Of a stretch of 64,000 bases of DNA, positions 38,456 to 51,290 are shown piece after piece. The stretch is from Harriotta raleighana (taxonomy: Eukaryota): positions 1,109,243 to 1,173,242 of the forward strand of contig JBNZDD010013568.1 of assembly GCA_050575255.1 (NCBI GenBank), given 5' to 3'. A program made the translations under genes and the position numbers. The notes below the pieces were generated by a model. It did no database searches. It saw only the letters and a program-made list of their open reading frames with translations, and had not been told where the DNA came from. Numbering within the stretch: position 1 is the stretch's first letter; each line of letters starts with the position of its first letter.

Positions 38456-41014
38456 ACATTTGGACAAGACAGAAGAGATCTCCCAGGCTCTGCATTCAGT
38501 GGGATAGAGTCTATCTTCCACAGGGATCACACAGCAACTAAGTATAATCGGAGATCCAGTCATCCACTCATAAAGACAGATGTCGTTTCTTCACAAAAAA
38601 AACTCTTCTGACACTTTACAGATGGCCACCGTTTGAAACCAGACAACCAATATTCATCTTGATTGCCATCAATAAGCTAGATGCTTGGAATATTCAGTGC
38701 TTTCTCAAGGTCTATATCAAGTACTTCAACTCAAAATGTCACTGGCAGTTTGAGGTGTCAAGAGGCACCCACCCGCATTGTAAATAAATCTGGTGTTATA
38801 TCAACACATGCTTCCCATTCGGACAAATCCGAGACATTTGGCAGCCTCTGAGGGTAAGTTATTATATGCGTTGTTTGCGTTTGAGCACTGTCAGGTGTTC
38901 TGTACACTGAGTACCTATGCTGCTGCTAACCTGACTTATTTTCTCCTTATCCAAATTTGTCCCTCAATTCGAACGGTTCCAGACCCTATCGCTGATTATG
39001 GGGCGTTGCTGGTTCAGATTAGCCGCCATGTTTGCCTGAATCTCCAGATACACCAGGCCACGATGGAAAATGAAGTGTGAAATGGTTCAAATTGGCCTCT
39101 CAGGTTGCCTTGTTTCTAATAAATGATAGTTTGTAACACGCGTCAAGATATTTATTTGCTATGAAAGGTGCTGCATTAATACAGGTTGCTGTGGTTGATA
39201 AGGGCTAACCTTTTATTAGAAAAGTTTTCCCCCCATCCATTGGTAAACAAAACAGCATTGGTTTGTTTAAGGGTGATTTGATAAATGGCACCAAGGAAAT
39301 CACTAACCCAGGTCCCATGAGCTTAGCAGTGGATTTTACAACTGTTTTAGACCATTTGAAAAGAATCCGAATTGTAGTTAATTTCCTATAACCCTGTCCC
39401 TCTGAAAAACATCCTGTGTGCACGTGCCTGGTGGGATCATTCTCTCTGCTGTTTGTCTGTTCAGTGCATGCGTGACTTGCTGCGAGCAGATGAAGGTAGA
39501 AATACCAATGTCTCCTGGTGTGAACTGTGAAAATGAAGTGAGTGAGTGAAGGGACCGATATGAATCATTTCACACTTGATTTCCACTGTGGTTCGTGTGT
39601 GTAAAGCCGCGGCTCGAAGCCTAATGTCTGAGGAATCTGCGACACTGTGGTGGTCAGCAGAGATGATTCGCTTTCCTTGTACTGTGCACATTTGCCTCTC
39701 TCTCTGGGAGAATTCACCTCCTACTGACCCGATCATCTGAATTTTCACCAAACTTTGGTTGGAACGACAGTTGAAGGAACGTGAGTGATATTGTCATGTT
39801 ATCAGTTAATTTGTTTTGCTTTTGTTCCACAAGTGTGTGGGCTGAAGGCAGTGTCCGCGATGCTCTCAAATGATGCAATTGCGGTGCAAAGGAGGCACAT
39901 TTTGTGGCCTTTCCTTCCCTGGGTGAAGTGACGATTCCCATCTCAGGCATCCTGTCACACTGAGGTGGCCACGAGGCAAATGCTCTCGGCAGCGCCACAC
40001 TGGGCGTCGCTCTCGGCCCCCGCAGATATTGCTGTCGGGGTAAATGACACGGGCCATCAGCAGGCCTCACACCATTGTGCTCTCAGCTCGCAGGAGAACA
40101 AAGCATTTCCATCACTAGACCTGCTGCAGTGCAGTGCCCCGGCTGTTCCACCAGCAGCAAACGGGCAGCGGGCTGACACCACAGCAGCGGAGAGCTCAAG
40201 GCAACTTAAATCAATTAAAAGACTTCCAATTTTTGTGTTCAAAAACAAAATATTTTGTATCTGCAATCTCGTTTCCTTCTGAAACGCGTTGAGAAAAAGC
40301 ACACATCTTTATCAGCATTTTTGGTTACCATCTGATAAGAGTTATTCCTGTCTCTGCAGGCCAAATGTCTCCCTCTTCCTGTTGCTGTAACCGCACCTAG
40401 ACACCTCCAGGACTCGGCGTTACCACAGACATCAGAATCTAACTGACAAAGCATGTGAGAACCAAAGTGCAGTTTCACTGAGCTCATGTTTCTATGAAAC
40501 CAGAAGCCAGCCACAAGCTATAGAGAGACTGACCACAGATACTACCCAGATAACAAGACTGGGGCTGGTATTTCAGAACTTCCTGTTTCATGCCTCCCAC
40601 AAGCCCACTCCCCTTCCCCAGAACACAGCCCGAACTAATAGTGAACCTTGCTGTACACTCATCTAACTTATCTTCTGATTTAATCATCAACGTTACGATA
40701 AGACGTGTAACCGATCAGACAGACTGGGCTCCTTTTATGTCTGATTACAACTCGATGCTGCCCTATTTAAGAGCAAAGCAAATGGCAGATCTTGCAACTA
40801 AAGTGCTTTTTTTTTCTATTGCTGCAGAACCTGTTGATGCCCCATAATGTACTATTTCTCATCACAGTCACCTCTCCCCTAAGACATAAACAGCCTTGGA
40901 CAGAGGATCTAAAGAAAGATCTCATTCACACTTTTAAATGTGACCAAATCCAATGATTGCTATCTATTCGTATCGTCTTAAGGGACCCAAGACACCAACT
41001 AATTCAAACAGAGC

Positions 41015-41148
41015 GAAACCATTATATTTCTTTGCATCCTAAGTTTAAAGTTGTCTAAAGACAGCAGGTGCCAGTTACACAAGCANGAAACCATTATATT
41101 TCTTTGCATCCTAAGTTTAAAGTTGTCTAAAGACAGCAGGTGCCAGTT
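41015..41148. repeat. Exact 62-bp direct duplication across a single N (likely assembly artefact)
   Basis: 41015-41076 is identical to 41087-41148; N at 41086. Confidence 0.85.
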
Positions 41149-41219
41149 GGAATAAAAAGGTACTGTCATTAGAAACAGTATTAAAAATGCTCTATGAAAC
41201 AGTGAAAAAAACTGACAGT

Positions 41220-41420
41220 AATATAATAATCCTTGCATTTGATTATAGCCTATTATTATGATGCCGAGGAATCTCAATGTGATTTACAGAATATAATGTC
41301 AAATGGTGTGACTCTGTAGTTTGTGGATAAAACGCAGCAGTGAAATTGCGCACAGCAATTGTGTGATTGAATTTTTTGGGGGGGAGATTGATGGTCAAGA
41401 CACTGGGAGAAACTCTTTTC
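41220..41420 (-). mobile_element. Deu-type SINE 3' part
   Basis: ataataatccttgcatttgattatagc..aaattgcgcacagc..ggtcaagacactgggagaaactc. Confidence 0.7.
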
Positions 41421-44400
41421 TTGGGCCTGTGTGGGGCAAAGTGCATCCACTGCTGCAACAACAATTTGTATTTTTATAACACTCTCCACGTCGGTTGGTG
41501 TCTCAGCGTGCTTGTTCAATGTGACCAAGTCCTAGGCTTGTTCACATTGTCGTCACCTTTCCATTTTCCACCAAGTGTCTTGGTTTATGCCATTAAAATA
41601 AACAAGGCCATTTTCAGTAGCCTCGAATGGTCTGAGAACAGACTCCATTGCTTAAGCACTCTGATCACAACTCACCTCTTCTTTGCCAGGCAGTAAAAAG
41701 CCTGAAGTACATGAACAGGGATAGAGAAGAGATATTGATTTGGTATTATCTTTAACTTGCAGACAGTTCAAAGTGCAGATTCCCTTGTCTGCTTTGAGTT
41801 ACTATTATTCTATAAAACCACAGGAACCATATAAAACTGTTGATGTTCAGGTTCAGAATGGATGTTGCTGAGCTTCCAAGTCCTGGTATACTGACTGAGT
41901 AATTAATAAAAGTATAGTTATAGCTCTGGACTAACAGGTACCAGATATCTATAAAACTGTATGCAAAAGGTTAGAAAACCACACTTATCTGATAAATTCA
42001 GAAGCAATTTGAAGCTATCAATTCGTAATTCTAAAAGAAGTTCCTTTATCAAATACAAAGGATGGAGATATTGAGTGTGCATTACACATCAAGGCAGATG
42101 AGAACAGGTCATAATGAGGCCATATATAGTCTGAACAGCCCCACGAGTGGAATGTACATCAATGTGCAATCTACATGGCACAATTTAGCTAAATTAGAGC
42201 GATATGGACATCGTCTGTGTGATAATATGCAAATCTGTCACATCTAATCAGGTGCTGACATTCAATGACAATCCTGCCAGTTACCATTAATACAGCGCTG
42301 ACCTTGTCACCACCAAATGGTGCTCTGAAATAGAATTACATTAAATCTGATTAATAATGATAAACTACACACAAAAGTAGGGGAAAAAAATCTAAAGTTC
42401 CTCATCGTATGGGAAGATAATGACCAGCAGTTGTGGAGGAGACAATGATACGGAAATTCATTACCATCATCTTCGGTCTCTGGGGTCCATTCTTCACCCA
42501 ACCACTATCCACCCCCCCCACACCTCCAACACAGTAAGGACTGAACTTGATCTATAGTTTATGAACTGTATCGTGTCCGTGCTGCCAGAAAGCCTCCACA
42601 CTCACGCAGATGCTGCTGAGCTGCTCCCTAAGCAGCAAGAGAGGAATGGTTGAGCAAAATCACAAGTGGTCCAACTCTAGCCAACCTCACTCGCCCATTG
42701 CAATCAATCGATGTGAGTGGTGGTGTAGCAAAGCCTATTTTGATAAATCGAGAGTCAGCCTGCGGTTCAGCACCAAAACGGGGCGAGTTCAACACCAGCG
42801 AGGCGAAGGGGCCAAGCCAAGGTCAGGTTTGTTGAGTTTCCCCATTCGGTTGTCTAATGCCTGTAGCAGCATGGCTCAGGAATCCTGCCATCTCACATCA
42901 AGGGTACGAACCTGTACATTTCTACTGCTGTGACAACAACCGAAACAGGCATCGAAGAGCCTGTCCCAACAAGGTGCCTACATTCATCTGGCTTTGGCTG
43001 GAGGTGTGAGAATCCTTGTACATAAATGGATGAGTTTTCCAAGCCCCTCATGGGGCAGGTGTAGAGAGCAGTGGATAACATTTGCCGGACTCTTGGCTGA
43101 ATGGCCTCCTTACGATAACATACACTTATTATATAGCACCTTCAATGCAGGGTAGCGTCTCAGAGCGCCTCACAGTGATCTCTGACAGCCTGAGCTCTGG
43201 TGAGCAGATTCCCCCCAAATAAAGCTCTTTTTCTGTGACTTTGTGAAATGGACCCAACAGCACAGGAAGCGTGATGACAATACACTGAAGCACCACAAGA
43301 GAGCCCTGCACACACACACACACACACACACATTGTGCAGGAGCCTGGCTGGCAGGTACATATAGAGGCTGCTTCCAAAGTCACCTGTGACGAATGGTGT
43401 GCTTTTTTGTTGGGAGGGGGTTGATTCTGATGTTTTCGGGACGAGTGAAGACCTCAATCTTTGAGCTTGGAAAGGTTGCTGAGAATGAAGAAGTCCAATT
43501 TCACTGCTGTCACCAAACATCCAATGGTTCATTAACAGGCCTAATGTTGGACAGGCCTGTGATTTCTCTTCGCTTGTTTGCACACACCGTGTGTGTGTGT
43601 GTATGTATGTGTGTGTTTCTCTCTCTCTCCGTGTGATTGAAATATTGACCAGTAGAGACCTCTAGTTAAATGTTAAACACTTGCTAGGCACTTGATGGCT
43701 TCAGCTCCCCACACAATTTGACATAAACCACAGCACAGATTTCTCAAAATGTAGCTGACACATTGTTACTAAGGTTTTTTGCTGAAGTCAAAGAGCACAT
43801 TTATTTTACATTGTTCAGTAAATTTTCTTTTGTTAGAATTGATTTTCTATCACCTCTTATTCCCTTCACCATTTGTAAAGCTACTTTTTCTATCAATGCT
43901 TTGTGCAGTGCCCCCCTTGCTGATAAGGTTTTATCTCTTTTGACATGACATTGATTTACAAATTCTGCTCTGTCTGATCACATCACTCTCATAGTGAGCA
44001 TTTGCTACCTTTAAAGTTTCTGCGGTCTGCCTGTTTGCACGATTGAGTTACAAGGCCAGACAGGAGCACTTTTCTCAGCGTTAAGCAAAATGCAGGTAAG
44101 GTGAACTGACTAAATTTGTCAGAGATGAACCACAGGTAAAATTGAGATTAAGCAGCCAATACAGATGCTACGCTATGTGAAGAGCCCTTTGGGTTGGGTA
44201 AACAGGTTCTATAAACTGGAGTCAAACAAATTTACAAGGCCTGAGGGAAGATGGAATGGCACCTATATTAAGTCAACTACCTGACACTGCATTAGGATTT
44301 GAGTAGTTGTAATATCTCATCCAGTGAATACATGATTAAAAGAAAGACAAGGAGATGTGGAAAACTTTACTTTTCTAGTTAAATTATTTTGTTCCTCTAC

Positions 44401-44734
44401 GTCCGTCTGTCTCCTGATTTGTGTGGTAACTATGAGTAAAAGGTCAAGCGTTCTGATTTTCAAGTGTCGTCAGCCCTGCCAACTGGTTGTGAGTAGAACT
44501 TCCAATTCCTTTCCTATGTTCCCCCCAACCAGAAAAGACCAGACTGTAACTCAACACCTCGGAGGTATCACTGGATGGAAAAGTACTTTCAGTGTGAAGC
44601 ACATAGTACAGTAAATCCAACAACTTTCTACAGTTGAACGTCAGCCAAGACTGAAGCTCTCCTGATTGGCTAGTGCCAGAGTCTCCACATCTCAGTCATT
44701 GGCAGCATCAGCATTCAAGGATGTACCAAGCCAA

Positions 44735-45030
44735 TCAGGAATCTAGGCGTCTTGTTCAACCTTCAACTGTCCTTTCTCCCTCACATCCATGCCATGACTC
44801 GCTCTGCTCTCCCCCAACTCCGCAACATTACTCTACCACTGCCTCACTCCTAGGTCCACCCAAATCTCCTAAATGCCTTTATTATAACCAGAATCGACTA
44901 TGCTTGTCAGTCATACCAACTCTTCCCTCCACAAGCTGTAGATCCTCCAGAACTCCTAAACCCTGACTGTTCAGCACCTTGGGACGTCCTCATGACGTGA
45001 AAGGCGAATGTCACTTTGTGTTTTTGTATT
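44735..45030 (+). mobile_element. L2 LINE fragment joined directly to the terminal tail
   Basis: RNLGVLFNLQLSFLPHIHAMTRSA..QLRNI..AFIITRIDY..SSLHKL*ILQN, followed at once by ctgactgttcagcaccttgggacgtcctcatgacgtgaaaggcg. Confidence 0.8.
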
Positions 45031-47127
45031 GTATAAGCAACATCTCTCATTTCGCAGTGAGGGGTCACTGACCTCGGTCTCCAATGTCAGGCAGTAACAT
45101 GATCCATTAACGTCAGCCTGGAAACATTAAAACAAGGACTTGGCGGCCATGTTACAGCAAAAGGCTATTCAGGACCTGCTGAAGTTCTCCTACTGAAAAC
45201 CGCTGAGCCCAGAAGGTAGCAAACCTCAACATTGACAAAAGTCACAGCTCCTGAAACGCCACACTTCCAGACCGACTTCCCTGTGACAGCAAAGCTGCTT
45301 CAGGAAGGGCAATTATGGCTCCACAAAGCAGAGATCGGGCCCTGGGAGATACTGCCCGTGAGAACAAATCTTGGCTTTAAAAATTAAGGTTGGACAAACT
45401 GCTCTACTGTACAGTTACCTTCCGTTGAACAGATATCTAATATCTCCAGCCTCTGTGTACCACTACATATTGCACTATTCCTGTTAAAATCAATAATGTT
45501 AGTTTGAAAAGTTACATAAAATTAAGTACATTTGTTTTATTCCGTTTATACCTGTTTACCAGCCAAATGTTGAATGTTGAAAGCAATGCAATATGAGTTA
45601 TTAATTCATAATATACATCACCACACAGAATATGAAACCAGGTCTTTCAGGAAAACAATTGACTACTTAAACACGCAGGGTTTAGTGAATAGTCTTTGGT
45701 CAGTAATCATGAACCATTCCTCCTGTGTGTGGAGTTTGCGTTGGTCATTCTGCTCTCCACTCTCTCATTTGAACTTACCTGCATGCGAGGAGGACACAAG
45801 CTGCAAATCACACAGTTAAAGAACAATACTAGCCTGACAATTCTCCAGTACGTTCTGTCAGTGTAAAATACATTATTACCAACACTGTATTTGTCTAAGA
45901 AAGAAACTAATGGAAATGTAAATCCTTTATATTGTGGTCTCAAATGCAGGATTGATGGGAAGATAAACATGCTTGATCTCAGGTGCCACACACCCAGCCA
46001 GTATGCACCAGCCAAGCCTTCTTTGGCTGACACAATACACTGAAGATACTATGATTGTCTCTTCCCATATATGATTCCAATTGGCTGAGTTTTTGTGTTG
46101 TGTGCGTTGAAGTGTTGCTAAAATGTACACATTAACCACAGAACATGCAGATGGGAACTTGCATGGCTAATTGAATGAAAACGAGAGAGAAGATCTTTAG
46201 CTAAAGGTTGGATATAACTCTTATGCTATGGGAGGGGGGGGGGGGGGGGGGGGGGTGTTTTTAAACTCCCTGTCGAGGCCTTTAAGCCTTTCGACGACTA
46301 GAAAGGAATAGAGGGGGAGGGGGGACAGAGTGAGANNNNNNNNNNNNGGGGGGGGCGTGTGTGGCTAGAATTACACATGCATTTATTTATATCGCGTCCT
46401 TGATGTGGGGTAACATCCCAGAAGGCTTGATAATGGTGGAGTCTGACACTGAGCCAAGGGGCAGGCGGAAGGGAGAAACAACAACAAATCTCAAAATTAA
46501 AATGTTTTAGGAACAGGAAAATCAAGAGATGTGGAACTTGAAGGAGGCACATGGCACATGAACTAACCCGATCAGGAGGGAGTGACCAGTGGGCCTGATC
46601 TGCACACTGACACCCAGGTGGCCCTGGAAGCAGGTGGGGAGGACGAACTATTGACTTCAATATAAAACGCTCCCAAGACACCGTCCGGCGTGAAGGGCAC
46701 GACATGAAAGCAAGTTGTTTTAAAATAGGATTTGCATAAAAGTTTGACCTTACAAACGTGCACAAACTCTAAACTTTATTATGTGTGGTGCCATCAATTT
46801 GGTAATTAAGCAAAGCTGTAACTATCGCTGAGAGCTAAAGCTATGTTTGGGTTCGAAAGGGGACTGAAAACAATTAAAATCTGCCCTCAATAGTTTATCC
46901 CTTTCTTTCCTGAGATCAAAGGAGTATCATAAACTAAGCAGGATCTAATGTTACCTTTACTACGAATGTAATGAAGTCCCATGCTAGAAGCCTATTTTTG
47001 CAATTTATTACTTTGTCTAAGTGGCTGTGACGCATGTGTGTGCTGAAATGCTGCAATTAGCTAGGAAACAGAACACTGATACTCCGGAGAGCTGGACTGT
47101 AATATTCAAAGATTTACAAAGACTTAC

Positions 47128-47163
47128 AGAGTATCCTCGTCCTGAAAATGAATGTGCAGAACT
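47128..47163 (-). CDS. FBRSL1: 36-nt coding exon (exon 4 equivalent) of FBRSL1, phase 0/0
   Basis: Minus strand has a branch-like ctctaac, a long pyrimidine tract ending ctttctcccccag, then AGTTCTGCACATTCATTTTCAGGACGAGGATACTCT|gtaagt. This encodes SSAHSFSGRGYS, matching recalled FBRSL1 SSAHAVSGRGYS (AUTS2 has SSAPSSLGTGYF). Too short for the ORF track. Confidence 0.9.
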
Positions 47164-47444
47164 CTGGGGAGAAAGAGAAGCGGAAAAAAACACAGGTTAG
47201 AGTCAGTATTGAACAGCCAGACAATTACAACGCCAGTCACAGAACCTAGCACTGGGGGGCAGGCAGGCAGCGGGGGCTGAGCTATTATTGCCAGCTCCAC
47301 CTGACTTGGTGACAGACTTGGCTCAAATATTTAACAATATCCTTTGTTCCATATACTCATCGAGCCAGCTCATTTCAGGGTTTGACCAATCCTAATTAAA
47401 TGTAATCAGTGGGAGTGCTATTTTCATTTTGGGTGGGTGGTGGA

Positions 47445-47508
47445 GGGTGTGGGACAGGAGGGAGTGGGGGGTGTGGGCAGAGGGAGTGGGGGGTGTGGGC
47501 TGAGGGAG
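47445..47508. repeat. G-rich ~21-bp tandem repeat, about 3 copies
   Basis: gggtgtggg(ac)agagggagtggg units. Confidence 0.85.
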
Positions 47509-50500
47509 AATAAGGCAAGGCATGAATTAATATTGGGGGGCTTCCACATTACATTTCAGTTCTGAAAACCACCTCAGAGACTGACAGAATCACATCTACA
47601 CCGTCAATCTCTCAGTGTCTGTCTGCCCAATGAAGTAAAAAAAATACGCTCCTACTTTCCTGTCTGCATTGCGACCCAATGTGCTTCAAACAACGCAACT
47701 CATTTTTTGCAGCCATCCTGTTTTACTTAGGATGATTCATTACTGTGTAGGTACTACAGTGTCCCGGAGGGGACTCTGGTTTGTCTCATTTGAATCGCTA
47801 TAAGCCTGTCCTCAAATACAAAAAAAATTAAAGTGGGAAGCCCTTACATGGCAAGAAACAGAGCAAGTATTAAAATTAACATTTTTAGGAAGGGAAAAAT
47901 CATGAGATTTGGAAGTTGAAGGAGGAATGTGTGTGATATACCATTAGCACGCTAACAAATCCCATTAGTGTAACATGCCACCCTTTCAATCCCATGACCT
48001 CCCCTGCACGTGACCAGCAAAATAAACTGGCAAATTTTAAATCCAGGGGGGCATCGAGCATATGTTTGATGACAAATTGCTGCTCGAAATATACTCTAAA
48101 TGAGACAAAAAGCAGTGCAATTGCTATTGTGGAAACATTTTCTATTCTAAGGCAGATACTAATCATTGGCTCTTTAGAGAACATGTGGTTAGCTGAAAGA
48201 GTATTCAGGTATGAAATTAATAATCGACCAGTGCTGTAATCAGAATTTAATCAAATATTCCAATAATGGCTGCACCTCCACTCTAGTCAGGTTCCCGAGC
48301 ACAGCAGCCATACCTGCTTCATCAGCTCTAATCAGATAGCCTTCATCACAGAAATTTTGCTATTTCCTATTTCAATCAAAAGCTCGCAAGGCATTCCACA
48401 CCTGCCAGCCTTTCTGCTGTGCTAATAATTGCCAATTTGCACAGAGCTCTGGCTATATCACTCAATTTGGCCCCGACTGCTGTTCGCATACACCGTGATT
48501 CATCAGCAAGCTCCCCCCCATGACAATTAGAGCCAATGTCTGGGCTAACCAGGGCACCCATTCCAGCGGCTGAGCAGACAATTACCAGCCTATTTTCCCA
48601 TCTCACCCAGAAAAATATGAGAACGTGCAACAATGGCATTCAGTGCCTCTGAAATGTTACCCTTGAGGGAATGAATATTTCAAATTATCACAGCTTTACA
48701 ACCACATTCAAATTGCAGCATTTGGAAGGATACGGGGCTCATTTAAATGATAATGAAGGAGATCCATTCAATTGACTAAAAAATGGCAAGTTCTTAAGCT
48801 GACGGGTCAAGAAACAGCAAAAACCCTTTTAACCATTGTGCTCGGCTCCATACAGAACTCTTGGAGCAGGAGGAACATCAAAGGGATTAGTAGGACAAAT
48901 AAAAGATGAGGCAAAAACGTTCCCGCTTCCCTCAGGTCAAAACAACAAAATACAAATGTCACTTATCAGCCTCTTAATATGCTGCTAAGTTCCAATTACC
49001 CCACAGTGAAAGAAACGATAAGAAAATCTCATTTTGGGAGTGCACACTGTTGGTTTTGTGTGCTGATATTGGGCCTTGAAAGTTGCACAAAGCATGTGAC
49101 AATACACTCCCAGACCCAAACAGAGCCAGTTTTCATTTGAAGAGAAAAGCTTGCTTGTCTATGAACACCAAGGGGAGGAAAAAAAAGTTAACATTATCCC
49201 CTTTATTTCTCCCCTCCCCAAAGAGCGACCATATCTTTAGGGCTGTTCATGTGGTTAGATCATTTTTGTCTCAACAACCAAAGGCAGTTTTAATATCATA
49301 AGTGTTTGCTTGTTTTTTTTTTGGGGGGGGGGGTTTGGCTGGAATTAGTCACACTCCTTAAATAGGCTTAACTCCTGACGCTTCATGGCATAAAATCTGC
49401 ATGTTGGTCTCAAGCACCTTTTTGACAGCACTGGTAATAATAAAGCATTTCAAGCACATTTAGGAAGCAAACTCAACAATAATAACAACTTGCACTTATA
49501 GAGCGCGCCTTCCACGCAGGCCAGCGTCTCAGGGCGCTTAGATAATCAGTGGAACCCGGTTACATTTATTTCAATCAGCGATAGTAAAAAGGAGGGCAAG
49601 CAAATAAATAGTCGGTCAAGAGCAGTGCAATAACCTTTTGGCCACAATAGAATAGTTGTTTGGCAGCTTTTCAATGTGCACAATCAAACACTGCACCATT
49701 TCCCAAATGATTTACTGTAGATTTCTGAGGGTGCTGTTGTGTGAGCTGAGCAAATCGAAACACTGCTTAACTTATTTTAAACATGTTCCAAATGTCCTCA
49801 AAGGTTAAATGTCCTACACAGTCAGAAAACAAACAAAAAAAAGTATATTCACTTGTTTGGTTGGAGGGTTAACCCTGTGAGTACTGAAGGCCTTTTCAGC
49901 TTTTGAAATTCGCACATCTTTTGTACCAAATGACATCTGAAAATATTATAAAGTAGAATTAGAGAAATGTACAGGCCCAGAGGACATTCCGCATCTCACA
50001 AAAAAATAGTTAGAATTGATTTTAGACAATTCTGTTAGTGGAATGTGTTACTGTGTTCAAAATACATTAGCCTGGAGATGGAAGCGAGTGAGGAATACGA
50101 CAGTGTGGAGCATGTGGAGGTTCCTCGGAGCATGCGCTAATAAACAAGTGCATTTACAGGCAATGCAATGAAGTAAGAGTGTATCTACCATTAACCAATG
50201 CTTTGTTTCAAGTTGCATCTCACTTCAAAACAGATTATAGAGTGAGCACTTCAATATTATTTGGAAATGCATTGATGGTGCGGGGAATGAGTAAGATTCC
50301 TGGTGCGACACCGAGGCCACACAGAATGACATAAGGTTTTGGTTGTTGAAGAGAACCCAGTGATCAGGCATTTGATGTAGGGTGAGAAAGCTTGGATCCA
50401 GGTCGTCAGGTGAAAGGCAAGTCACAGAGAAAATGAGGGAATTTGCCTTTCTCTCATGCGCGCCATCAACCAATTGGAGAGTTGCAGACATCTCAACACT

Positions 50501-50594
50501 AACGTTACCTCCTCGTTCTGAGTGGGGCTACTCTTCCTGCAAGGTGCAGCAAAATTCATGGAAAATACACTTTTCGCTATAAAAATTAACAATT

Positions 50595-50818
50595 ATGTTT
50601 CTTACAGCCTCCTGCATCAAGATATCTCAAAGCACTTCACAAAATGAGGTATTTTGAAATACAATAATTTATTGTGTAGGGGTGCTTGTCAGCCAATCAG
50701 TAGCAACATTGAGGAATCCAGCAAAGAGGTGAACAACCAATTACTGTAGGTATTTAGTGAATTTGGATGAGCAAGACACATTGATTAAGACACATAGAAA
50801 ACTCGCTGCTCTTCAGAA
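50595..50818 (-). mobile_element. Degenerate Deu-type SINE 3' part
   Basis: tctcaaagcacttcaca..gtcagccaat..gattaagacacatagaaaactcgctgctcttc. Confidence 0.55.
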
Positions 50819-50824
50819 CTGCGA

Positions 50825-51290
50825 ACCTATCACTCGCGTTCTTGCCGGCTTCACTGGTTCCCCATCCCTCAGAGTATCCAGTACAAAACCCTTGATCTGA
50901 AACTTCAAAGCCCTTCACGGTCTCGCTCCCCCTACCTCTCCGACCATGAACACCATATTAGCCTGTCCGCTCCCTCTGCCTGCTTCAGGTCCCCGGCACT
51001 TCCCGTCCCACCCCTAGTGGTTAGACATTCATCTCCGCTCCGCTCCACTCTGAAACTCTATCCTGCAATCCCTCCACCTCAACTCTCTCTTGCCTCCTTG
51101 AAATCCTATCTAAACAGCTTCCTCTTCAACCGTGCTTTCAACCAACCTCTCCTCCCAAGCCTATCAATGAATTTCCAAACAATATGGAAGTACTCGGTCT
51201 ACAAACTGTGTTTGAAGGAGAAGCAACTCTACCTCTCCTGATCCCAACTCTGATCCAAAGACCCCTATCTGTCCAGCGCCCTGGGACAGG
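50825..51290 (+). mobile_element. L2 LINE 3' fragment
   Basis: PITRVLA.LHWFPIPQSIQYK..FKALHGLAPPYLSD..SLKSYLNSFLFNRAF, then a tail remnant ctgtccagcgccctgggac. Confidence 0.8.

Larger units (their letters stand above)
1..47127 (-). other. FBRSL1: Large intron downstream of the 36-nt exon, running off the window (>47 kb)
   Basis: Donor gtaagt at 47127. The expected next ~30-nt exon (CDSESD..DK-like) was not found by eye in 1-47127. Confidence 0.65.

Noticed and set aside
41015-41148. Exact tandem duplication as a biological repeat
   Set aside because: Identical copies separated by an N are typical of an unmerged contig overlap.
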